Both the position numbers and the translations under genes were made by a program. From IMG/VR virus record IMGVR_UViG_3300027374_000001: a DNA stretch of 64,000 nucleotides; one strand, written 5' to 3'. Below are positions 38,277 to 47,132 of the stretch, piece after piece (within the stretch, counting starts at the first letter, position 1; each line of letters opens with the position of its first letter). This stretch comes from a virus (Duplodnaviria; Caudoviricetes). The notes beneath the pieces were generated by a model. That model was not told the origin of the DNA. It saw only the letters and a list, made by a program, of their open reading frames with translations, and did no database searches.

Positions 38277-39026
38277 CTATTCGAGGTCTTCTATTGCCGA
38301 TGACCTCATACTTCTTCCCTGCTCGGAAGAATTATTATTGAAGAATGACTGCTGCGAAGATGATCGAGATGTAGTCCCCTGCCTGTATTCGATTCCAAGT
38401 TTACTCATAACCAGATCAAGTTTAGTTTCTTGACGGGTCTGAGTAAATGACTGAGCATCCATAATCGCATAAGCCGGCCCGCCGCTCATAGCTTTATAGT
38501 ATTCCTCAAGAAGATCACAAAGCTGTTCTACTTCTGTATCATCATAATACACTTTCTTATGTTTAGAATCTTCCTGGCTGAAGTTTTCAATACCATAATG
38601 GTGCTTTTTCTTGAATTGATACATATACGTAGACAGCACCTCTCCATTTTCATTGAGCTTATTGATTACAAGGCACGGACCATCGATACCGAATTCTTCT
38701 CCATTGCAGAATCGAATAAGTCCATCTTTTCCAGAGTTAACTCCTCCATTCTTGATTTCGCCACTCTGAACTCTTCTTATTTCCTTAAGTAGAGTCCTGG
38801 CCTTTGTATGTGTGATCCATATAGACGCTTCATTCTTATGGTCATATGCTATTTCGCTGCCGTTATCCTGTTTAAGAGGTGCGATTGCAATTTTAAGCAT
38901 ACGATTGATAAATGTATAATTTATCGATGATGGATCCATTCCTGTACTGTTTCCGGCGTTATAAGATGAAAATACTACCGGCCCATTATTGTTTCTTGAA
39001 TTGTTGTCTGCATTACCTAATGCCAT
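38277..39026 (-). CDS. Hypothetical protein, possibly single-stranded DNA-binding
   Basis: Beta-rich core, S/N/Q-rich linker and acidic tip (IEDLE); early-type motif at 39093. Confidence 0.45.
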   Translation of the reverse strand: MALGNADNNSRNNNGPVVFSSYNAGNSTGMDPSSINYTFINRMLKIAIAPLKQDNGSEIAYDHKNEASIWITHTKARTLLKEIRRVQSGEIKNGGVNSGKDGLIRFCNGEEFGIDGPCLVINKLNENGEVLSTYMYQFKKKHHYGIENFSQEDSKHKKVYYDDTEVEQLCDLLEEYYKAMSGGPAYAIMDAQSFTQTRQETKLDLVMSKLGIEYRQGTTSRSSSQQSFFNNNSSEQGRSMRSSAIEDLE

Positions 39027-39166
39027 TTCTAATTACCTCCTTAGTGATTTAATGATAAGTTCTAGGAATTATTTTATTCCACTTTCATGTATATAATATA
39101 TAATCTTATTACTATTTTAATATAACTCAAGAACACTAAAATAATTAAGGAAAGGAGATTTGCTTT

Positions 39167-40003
39167 ATGGATAGATTAGAAATAATAGATTTGGTAAAGC
39201 CAGCAGCTATAGAAACAATGCAAAATAGAAGAATATTAGCATCAATTCTTATAGCAGAATCGGTTATAATATCAGATAGCAAGAGGGAGATTTTGTACAA
39301 TAATCCACTAGATTTAAGAAGTATGAAAACTGATAAACTCTTTATTTTCAAATCTATAGAAGAGTGTTTCGATTGTTTTGTAGACATGGGGATTATAGCT
39401 AATGGTTATAAAGGGGTATTGGGGAACTATGATTATACTTCGGTGGTAAAATCTTTAAGACTGGGAGATAAGATTAATACTCTTATAGAAATAATCAAAG
39501 CATATCAATTAGACGAGATTGATAAAAAAGTTTTGAAAGATATGTACAGTGGAAAAAGAACGATAATAGAAATAGATAGTACGCCGTTTATGGATCTATA
39601 CCGTGTAAGGAAGTCATTTAAAGACAAGACGGAGAAAATAGCTACTTTTGACTTGGATGAGGCTAAGAAGGTATGTGACGAGTGGCTTGGATATTCAGTG
39701 TTTAATTCTAGAGGAAAGCCGATTTATGTAAATGCCTTAACAGAAGAGGTCAAGGCTAAAATGGACTTAGAGGAGCATATTCCTGCTATAGTTCCAAAAA
39801 CTGGTAGCAGGATAAAATTAAATGCAGTTAATCTATATAAGAACCCAGATGATACTGTTCCATTTAGATCAATCACTGGAGATTATTATATTTATAGTGC
39901 TAAAAAGTATAATGGGAGGTATATGGTTGTAAAATCTGCAGAGGACTTGAAAAGAGGAGAAGAGTATATTTTAGGTTACATTAATGACAGCAATAGAGTA
40001 TAA
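39167..40003 (+). CDS. Degenerate GH73 glucosaminidase-like protein with cell-wall-binding domains
   Basis: ILASILIAESVII and LIEIIKAYQLDEID align to GH73. YRVRKSF...GYSVFNSRGKPIY is a module of clostridial lysins. Confidence 0.6.
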   Translation: MDRLEIIDLVKPAAIETMQNRRILASILIAESVIISDSKREILYNNPLDLRSMKTDKLFIFKSIEECFDCFVDMGIIANGYKGVLGNYDYTSVVKSLRLGDKINTLIEIIKAYQLDEIDKKVLKDMYSGKRTIIEIDSTPFMDLYRVRKSFKDKTEKIATFDLDEAKKVCDEWLGYSVFNSRGKPIYVNALTEEVKAKMDLEEHIPAIVPKTGSRIKLNAVNLYKNPDDTVPFRSITGDYYIYSAKKYNGRYMVVKSAEDLKRGEEYILGYINDSNRV

Positions 40004-40041
40004 AAAAGTTTCCGGTTGTGGAGAAACCCACAACCGGCTTC

Positions 40042-40635
40042 TTATTTGTTATTCATTAAACCCATTAGCTTTTCAGCAAAATTTCTTTGTTTTTCCCCTA
40101 GGTATATATCTTTCTTGTTCTTATTATACCATTCCTTTGTGCTGCTATTATTCGGATTATAGCTCATCGCTTCCCAATCTACAACCATATGAATTACATT
40201 TTTCATAGGCATTTTGCTTTCACAACCATTTTCATGATACCAATTCCAATGATGATGATTGTGAGTATAGTGATGTCTCCATGCTCTTTCTATATCATTT
40301 TTATTGCCTTCTTTTTCTTCTGGTGTAATGGAATAATATTCTTTTCTATATGCATCAAATTCTTCCCTATCCCATTTTGATCTATCGTGTTGATCAATGT
40401 CATGGTCTAAAATAAGAATCATATTTTCATATTCATGCTCGGTCAAATGCAATTCATCTATTAGTAGCTCTTTGAATCCCGGGGTTTCTTTTAATTTGTC
40501 CCATGCTACGTGCACATTGCGAATGTGATTGTTGATGTATTCTTTATATTCATTTTCTCTTTGAATCTTTAACACGTTCCAAATAGACATATTCGTTCCC
40601 TTCTCTTCTCTTTTTATCTCTCCGTATCTATTCAT
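40042..40635 (-). CDS. HD-domain metal-dependent hydrolase (DUF5662-like)
   Basis: HIRNVH, HDRSK, AWRHHYTHNHHHW and MVVDWEAMS motifs. Confidence 0.7.
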   Translation of the reverse strand: MNRYGEIKREEKGTNMSIWNVLKIQRENEYKEYINNHIRNVHVAWDKLKETPGFKELLIDELHLTEHEYENMILILDHDIDQHDRSKWDREEFDAYRKEYYSITPEEKEGNKNDIERAWRHHYTHNHHHWNWYHENGCESKMPMKNVIHMVVDWEAMSYNPNNSSTKEWYNKNKKDIYLGEKQRNFAEKLMGLMNNK

Positions 40636-40705
40636 TATAATTACTCCCTTCACAATAAAAATCCCGGAGGATTTCTCCTCCGGGATTATGCAGCTTTATA
40701 ATGAT

Positions 40706-41110
40706 CTAATCGCTATCTTCTCCTGCTTCTTCTTCACCTACGTCGCATTCGTATTCATCGTCCTCCCCGAGAAGAGAATCTTCAATGCCACTACTAATTC
40801 CCTTTAGCAATTCAATAATTTTAGGAATTATGGTAACCGTAAATATATTCTTCCCCTGGGTATGTAGACCGATGGCTATAGCAGTAGTGACTATGGCAAT
40901 CACAATACTAGTAATAGAGAATCCATGCTGGATGAACTCAATTACAATAGCAACGAAAAGCAAAAACGGCGGAATGAGATCGTTCTGTACCTTTGCTAAG
41001 AACTTAAAGTGTTTTATACAAAACCCTAAAGCCAAGAGACAGATCAAAACAACCATATCCACATTACGTATCACTTCGTTTAAGAGCTGCTGCATAACAT
41101 CTCCCGTCAT
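40706..41110 (-). CDS. Putative holin
   Basis: Three TM helices with LGFCIK...NDLIP pattern and an acidic tail. Confidence 0.6.
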   Translation of the reverse strand: MTGDVMQQLLNEVIRNVDMVVLICLLALGFCIKHFKFLAKVQNDLIPPFLLFVAIVIEFIQHGFSITSIVIAIVTTAIAIGLHTQGKNIFTVTIIPKIIELLKGISSGIEDSLLGEDDEYECDVGEEEAGEDSD

Positions 41111-41251
41111 ATTGGTGCTCCTCCTTTCTACAAAGTTATTTATAAGTTAGATGTATATTACTTTATCTACTGGCGTAGCAGAACATTAATATAACCTATA
41201 ATGGTTGTTCACACGTATCAAAAATAATAAAAGAAAGGAGGATTAATCGGT

Positions 41252-42310
41252 GTGAATAAAAAAAATAAGAAGTCATTAGTTCTAATAAGACTAATGATAT
41301 TTATTATTGTTGCCTTCTCTTCGTCTGTTATCCTTTATACGAACGTTATAAATGATCTCAAAAAGTCTTCAGATAACAACATAAGATATTTAAAGAATAG
41401 TATGTATAATTCTATATATACTTATCTTGATATTCTTATGGACGAAGCTAAAGAAGAGGTGGATCAAACAGGCGAAGATGTCAAAAGAGATTTATTGTCA
41501 TTGCCAAAAGAGCAGCTCAAAGACATTCAAGAAGACATGAGTAATGATATTCACAATCCAGTTCTTCATGAAATAATTAATAATAATATAAAAGGTAAGG
41601 ATTTCAAAGGTGTTAATAATTCCAAAAATAGTATGCTTGCTATGACATCAAATGGTGTTTTGGAAGATTTTAATTACCGAAGAGCCGAAACTATATCCCA
41701 AAACAGTAATACTCATATTACTAACAGATCTTGGGAACATGAGATAGAGAATTCATTTAACAGTTCATTAGCACAAGTTAGCGTCGATAAGTTATTAAAT
41801 CGTACTAATGGAATTATTGCATTTGAACCGTATAATCTCATTAATGGGCAGGATTCTCATATAATGATAAAGGAATTTACATATGATGAAGTTAAAAAGG
41901 TTTATCTCAATGAAGGCTTAGATGGGCTTAGAAACTATCAAGTGTATATTCCATACTATATAACCAGTAATGGAGATATATTTGGACAAGAAGATATAAT
42001 TCATGGAGTAAAGCAAGATAATAATAAAATAATAATAGTTCAGGAATTCAATCTTTATGATCAAATCATAAATAATGCTTCTTATCTAACAGATGATGAT
42101 GAGATCATAGAAGTAATACGAGATGAATATTCTGAGACTATTAGAATACTATACCTATTTGGAGTCGCATTAGTAATCGCAGTGTGTGGACTCATTTTCT
42201 ATTTTTGTAGCCTATACAATATGATAGTCGAGCATGAAAATGAAAGCGTCGATACAGACGACAGCGATACAATAACTAAAGATGATAACCCAAATTGTGC
42301 TAAATCATAA
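41252..42310 (+). CDS. Membrane protein with two TM helices and a large extracytoplasmic domain
   Basis: TM helices near both termini; late-type promoter at 41182..41193. Confidence 0.6.
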   Translation: MNKKNKKSLVLIRLMIFIIVAFSSSVILYTNVINDLKKSSDNNIRYLKNSMYNSIYTYLDILMDEAKEEVDQTGEDVKRDLLSLPKEQLKDIQEDMSNDIHNPVLHEIINNNIKGKDFKGVNNSKNSMLAMTSNGVLEDFNYRRAETISQNSNTHITNRSWEHEIENSFNSSLAQVSVDKLLNRTNGIIAFEPYNLINGQDSHIMIKEFTYDEVKKVYLNEGLDGLRNYQVYIPYYITSNGDIFGQEDIIHGVKQDNNKIIIVQEFNLYDQIINNASYLTDDDEIIEVIRDEYSETIRILYLFGVALVIAVCGLIFYFCSLYNMIVEHENESVDTDDSDTITKDDNPNCAKS

Positions 42311-42348
42311 TTTGCTAAATACATGTATAAGGAGGTATCGATGGTATA

Positions 42349-42798
42349 ATGGACAATATAACTCTCGATATACTATTGGAATTCTTATACAATAGATTTG
42401 CGGTTACATTCTTGATGTGTTTATTGGGATCACTGATAAGAGAAACCATGACCTCATCAAAGAAAAATAGTGCATTGAACATCCCGAAAATCGTGGCTTC
42501 CACGATATTCTCGACATTTTTAATGTGCGCGGCTGCGGATTATTTAAAAATAAATATTCCATTTAGTATATACGCAGTGGTATGCATATTGTTAGGAATG
42601 TGGGCTTATGTCATTATCAAATTCGCATTAAATGGAAAGTTTATGACTAGTCTATTAAAGATATTCGCTAAGAGTGCAGATCCAATAATTAAGGATGTCG
42701 CGTCAATGGCAGAGAAAGAAAATGCTCGACTTCCAGATGCTATTGACTCAGCCGAAACCACGAAAGATAAAAGTGAAAAAGATCCCGGTAGCACCTAG
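42349..42798 (+). CDS. 3-TM holin-like membrane protein
   Basis: Three hydrophobic helices, charged C-terminus, AAGGAGG RBS. Confidence 0.5.
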   Translation: MDNITLDILLEFLYNRFAVTFLMCLLGSLIRETMTSSKKNSALNIPKIVASTIFSTFLMCAAADYLKINIPFSIYAVVCILLGMWAYVIIKFALNGKFMTSLLKIFAKSADPIIKDVASMAEKENARLPDAIDSAETTKDKSEKDPGST

Positions 42799-42975
42799 TT
42801 GTGCTACCGGAACCTTTTGTTAGAGAACTATCATGCAAAAACAAAATACGAAGTAGGTAAAATACAGAGGGCCGGTCGCTTCGGCCCTCTATAATTCCAC
42901 CCAGGAGGCACCAAAAATGCCATTTAATAGCCACCAGCCAACCTTTTTGCATCCGACCCCGATTAACCAGCAGCT
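42776..42975 (-). ncRNA. Candidate ~200-nt structured RNA (6S-like architecture)
   Basis: AACA-N6-TAA promoter at 42978..42989 and terminator at 42776-42810. Nested stems ATGCAAAAA/TTTTTGCAT and a ~21-bp G-U-rich hairpin. No credible ORF. Confidence 0.55.
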
Positions 42976-42989
42976 ATTATAAATATGTT

Positions 42990-44252
42990 TTAATAATAAG
43001 TGTTCATGGTAGTCATATTAGCATCTGACATCTGCTTTAAAGCATTGTAATCTACAAATAATCCATACATCTTTCTATTATATATAGGCTGCTTAGAAAG
43101 TTCTTCTCTGAGATTATCATATTTATCATACAATTTATAAAGTCTTTCTTTTTCATGCTCTGATAACTCCTCTTCATTATCCAAATAATCCGTTATTATA
43201 ACCATTCTTCCATTAAGCTCACGCATAAGATTTAATGCTTCATATTCCGTTTGAATATTCTTTATTCTTATACGATATTCATATACATCGTCTTCTATAG
43301 ATTTCATTCCAGACTTTTTAATTTGGGTAAACAATGAAGACTTCTTTTTAGAAGATTCAGTTAATGCTGTTCTATAATCTCTAATATTTCTATCATATGA
43401 AGTATTATTATAGTCAACTATAGCTACCATAAGCTTTCTCAGTAATTTAGAACCACAGAGCCTAATAGAATCTTCAATAACATCCGAAATTTCTGTCTTT
43501 TGGTCAAACAGATTTCCCGAATATCTGTATACTGATAAATACCAGTTAATGATAAGTGTAGGACAACATATCTGATCCTTTAAATTGTTTTTAGCTTTTT
43601 TGACACACTCTATTCCACGGTCATAGGCTTCTGTGAGACCGTAATTTCTAATGAAATCATCAGCAAGCACTAAATTTTCGTTACATAATTCAAATGAAGA
43701 TGTTACTTTTCTTACATACTCTGTCATTACAAATTGCATCAGGTATTGATCAAGTTGTATATCATTTTGTCTAAGTAAAACTCCTGACTTTACGGATACA
43801 TAGTCAATAGCAGCAACAAAGTCTTTTACAACTTGCGGATTATTAATTGCATTTATATCATGTATAATCAATGCGGCGAGAACTAACGGAGAGAATTCAT
43901 ACACTTCATCAAATACTTTACTATCTATATCTAATGCATAGTGGTCAAATTTAATTTCTGAACTCTTGATATTAAACATGTCAGGATTCATCATTTGTGA
44001 AGCCATAGCAGATGAGTCTCTAAAATATGGTATAATTTGAACGCCAAAGAAGTCATTATCGGTATTGTCAGATATTTTTACATCTGAACATCTGATATCC
44101 GTAAAAAACTTATTTAATTCATCTATAATAGTTTCTCTAGCTTTGGATCTTATGGCTGCATCTCTATCATATATGCTAGATAAACCCTTTAACAAGTAAC
44201 CAAAGTCATATTTCATTTCTCCATTTTCTATAATAATTCTATCTGTATCCAT
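42990..44252 (-). CDS. Head-associated structural protein
   Basis: Directly downstream of the capsid gene; ALTES putative protease site; promoter variant at ~44274-44287. Confidence 0.55.
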   Translation of the reverse strand: MDTDRIIIENGEMKYDFGYLLKGLSSIYDRDAAIRSKARETIIDELNKFFTDIRCSDVKISDNTDNDFFGVQIIPYFRDSSAMASQMMNPDMFNIKSSEIKFDHYALDIDSKVFDEVYEFSPLVLAALIIHDINAINNPQVVKDFVAAIDYVSVKSGVLLRQNDIQLDQYLMQFVMTEYVRKVTSSFELCNENLVLADDFIRNYGLTEAYDRGIECVKKAKNNLKDQICCPTLIINWYLSVYRYSGNLFDQKTEISDVIEDSIRLCGSKLLRKLMVAIVDYNNTSYDRNIRDYRTALTESSKKKSSLFTQIKKSGMKSIEDDVYEYRIRIKNIQTEYEALNLMRELNGRMVIITDYLDNEEELSEHEKERLYKLYDKYDNLREELSKQPIYNRKMYGLFVDYNALKQMSDANMTTMNTYY

Positions 44253-44357
44253 TGCTAACCTCCTATATGTGTATTATTATAAATGTTTCAGCCTATGATA
44301 AAGAAAAATATAAGGGAGGTACCATAAGGCACCTCCCCAAGCTGCAAAGATCGGTTA

Positions 44358-46133
44358 TTAATCTAATACACGTACCGGGAATGCATTGTAATCTTCTGTG
44401 ATTCCAGACGGATTCAGAATATTAATTCTTCCCTGTACCGGCTGATACTCTACGGGTTTCCAACGCTCGAATGCCGTAATAGCCGGAAGTGCCGGATTAT
44501 TGGAATTTCTGATTTCATTAGCGATGTACATCTGATAATCATATATTCTGTAGGTAATACGATTAGAATTACCAGTCGGAGTCATGATAACAATAAGCTC
44601 ATCGCGGTTACGCATCTTATCAGAACTAATGAAGTTGTAAACTCTCTTCATTGTAGAATTTACAACAGTCTTCTGATAATCAAGCTCCATCGGGCCGATT
44701 GAAGCCGGAGACTGATATGTGTATTCATTCGGAGTAAGCCTGCTGACAATATCCGGATTTCCGAAAATTGTTACTGTCATACTCGGATCATTCAGAGCCT
44801 GAGACAGAATCGTAACATGGCGATCAAGATGCTCCATGAACGTATCCTTACGATGCTGGATGTGATCTCCACTATATCCTACTCTCGGCGCGAAATCGAA
44901 GTTAGTGTAATTAGAGGACCTCGCGTCCAATCTGTCGAAGGAATTATCAAGGAATTCGAGAATCTTATCATCCTTGTAATTCGCCAGCACCGTCTTGATC
45001 AGCTCCATAATCTTCGTAAGCTGATTGATATTGTACAGGGCACTAATATCCTTTACTTCCATCGGAGAGATGGTTGTATTGATCGGAATAGCTTCATCGA
45101 TCTCGATAAGATCTGTTTTCTGTTTCCACTTAACAGAACATGTCGTTTGACGATGATTAGATGTATCCAGCTTAGAATGAATCCTTACTTTCGTAACGTT
45201 TCCATTCAGAGACATAAGGTTGATTCTGGATTTCTCCATAGAACCGGAAAGCATATCCTTAAACTCCGTAACTTTTACGTCTGTACCGTCAAGAGTCTTA
45301 TGTGCAATCTTAATAGGCTGCATAAGAGATCTTTCAAATCCCTGATAACCAGGTGTGAACGGAAGCTGAACCTTGTACCATGTATCATGGGTACCAGCCG
45401 TTGTTGCTCTCTCTCCGTTTCTTTCTACATATCCGGTATCCGGATCCGGAAGAATATCTCCTACTTCATAGTATACATCCTTAACCAGAACTGCAGATAC
45501 ATAAGTACCTCTGGAAAGTTCATCTGCTCCAGCAAGGCCACCAAGGTATGTATGAACAAGCTCTACGTCGTCTTTCAGCGGAAGATCGATTTCAAAATCT
45601 CTTTCCCCGGATGTCTTGTCAATAGCAGCAGTCATCTTGTTCTGCTCTAAGAACATATCAATTTCATTACCTTCTGTGTCTACTAAGATACGGGTCTCCA
45701 TCGTCAACGGAATAGATGGACTAATTGCAACTACTTTCTGAATAGAACCCTTATCAAATACCATATTCATTAAGATATTCTTATGCATCGGGAAAGTCAT
45801 ACCGACTACCGGATTCATCTCAGCAGTACCAACGTTCTCGCGGATAGCCTCAACATCATTTTCATACTGATTTTCCATTGTAATTCTGTGATCTTCAAGT
45901 TGAGCCGCTGTCATTCCAGCCGGGTCGCAAGAGTTCTCTACAAAGAAGTTCCTCATCGTAGCATTAGCTCCGTCGCTTAAGATCATATCACGAGCATCTT
46001 TAAAAACGTCTACATGATTTTCATGACGAATATTTGTCATTGTTTCACAAACAGCTGCAGCATATGGATACATTGAATGAGTTTCGTAGCCCTCAGCCAA
46101 ATGCTTACTTTTTCTTTCACCAGCAATAGCCAT
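44358..46133 (-). CDS. Major capsid protein
   Basis: 591 aa, codon usage suggesting high expression, own promoter (46206..46217) and terminator, putative propeptide ending near AIRE, position near scaffold and protease genes. Confidence 0.75.
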   Translation of the reverse strand: MAIAGERKSKHLAEGYETHSMYPYAAAVCETMTNIRHENHVDVFKDARDMILSDGANATMRNFFVENSCDPAGMTAAQLEDHRITMENQYENDVEAIRENVGTAEMNPVVGMTFPMHKNILMNMVFDKGSIQKVVAISPSIPLTMETRILVDTEGNEIDMFLEQNKMTAAIDKTSGERDFEIDLPLKDDVELVHTYLGGLAGADELSRGTYVSAVLVKDVYYEVGDILPDPDTGYVERNGERATTAGTHDTWYKVQLPFTPGYQGFERSLMQPIKIAHKTLDGTDVKVTEFKDMLSGSMEKSRINLMSLNGNVTKVRIHSKLDTSNHRQTTCSVKWKQKTDLIEIDEAIPINTTISPMEVKDISALYNINQLTKIMELIKTVLANYKDDKILEFLDNSFDRLDARSSNYTNFDFAPRVGYSGDHIQHRKDTFMEHLDRHVTILSQALNDPSMTVTIFGNPDIVSRLTPNEYTYQSPASIGPMELDYQKTVVNSTMKRVYNFISSDKMRNRDELIVIMTPTGNSNRITYRIYDYQMYIANEIRNSNNPALPAITAFERWKPVEYQPVQGRINILNPSGITEDYNAFPVRVLD

Positions 46134-46244
46134 TGTTTTATATCCTCCTTTTAAATTTATTTCTAAATAATTTTGGTTTTATATTTAATTTTAACATTAA
46201 ATATTTACTATATTGTTATCTTCCGATATAGGCATCTGAGGAGT

Positions 46245-47132
46245 TTATTCAACAAAATCCTTTTTTAACTCTGCAAAAATGGTTTTTATAGAAGTAAGTA
46301 CAGCAATGTATTTTTGTACTTGAGCAATATTTTCCGGGTATGTTTTGGAATCAAATATTGTCTCGATATAATCTAAAATATATTGCCTAAGATCAGTAAG
46401 GGAATTATTTATATACTCTATGATTTGAATCGTTGAGTCATCCTTTTTAATATCATTTGTCTTGTCTGATAATGTTTTGCATTTATCGTAGATATTTATA
46501 TATATCCCCTTTAACTCCTTAATCTTAGCTTCCTTTTCTGCTTCATTTAATTCGGCAAAAGCCACGGTTTCCAAATCTTTTAACTTAGACGAATCATCTG
46601 ATGAGTCATCGGCGTCAGTGTCTGCTTCAGAAGTATCATCATCTGGTGTATCTTCTCCCTCTTCGTTTTCTCCATCCATATTGAAGTCTTCATCATTTTC
46701 TTCCTCTTCTGGCGCGTTAACACCATTAGCTCCGTCTTCATCTGACGGAGTGTTGTCATCTTCTTGTTCTTCTTCGTCTTCTGGAAGCTCGAAGTCTTCA
46801 TCGTTATCAGGTTCTTCAGTATTTTCTTCGGATTCAGTTTGAGACTCCGGTTGTTCTCCTTCATTTTCCTCTGCTTCCCCATCAGGATTTCCTTCTTCGG
46901 CGTCTAATTCTTCGTTATCGTCGGAGTCCCTATTTTCTCCGTTTACATCAAACTCATGGATCATCTCATCAAACAATTCATCTGTAAAAAATCTCAAAGT
47001 GGGGTCCACTTCTTCTTTAACAGATATGCCATATAGGTCTTTAGCAGTTTCAATATCCCCTCCGGCTAATTCATCTAACATTTTCTTTTTAAACGAATCT
47101 CTGGTTTCTGCAGCCGCTATAAAAACACTCAT
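46245..47132 (-). CDS. Highly acidic head protein (scaffold-like)
   Basis: ~120-aa D/E-rich region plus helical C-terminus, immediately upstream of the capsid gene. Confidence 0.55.
   Translation of the reverse strand: MSVFIAAAETRDSFKKKMLDELAGGDIETAKDLYGISVKEEVDPTLRFFTDELFDEMIHEFDVNGENRDSDDNEELDAEEGNPDGEAEENEGEQPESQTESEENTEEPDNDEDFELPEDEEEQEDDNTPSDEDGANGVNAPEEEENDEDFNMDGENEEGEDTPDDDTSEADTDADDSSDDSSKLKDLETVAFAELNEAEKEAKIKELKGIYINIYDKCKTLSDKTNDIKKDDSTIQIIEYINNSLTDLRQYILDYIETIFDSKTYPENIAQVQKYIAVLTSIKTIFAELKKDFVE

Noticed and set aside
42740-42952. 70-aa minus-strand ORF over the structured island
   Set aside because: Weak RBS, runs through the terminator and overlaps the opposite gene; RNA structure explains the region better.
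44817-45650. 277-aa plus-strand ORF
   Set aside because: Antisense to the codon-biased capsid gene; no RBS or recognisable motifs.
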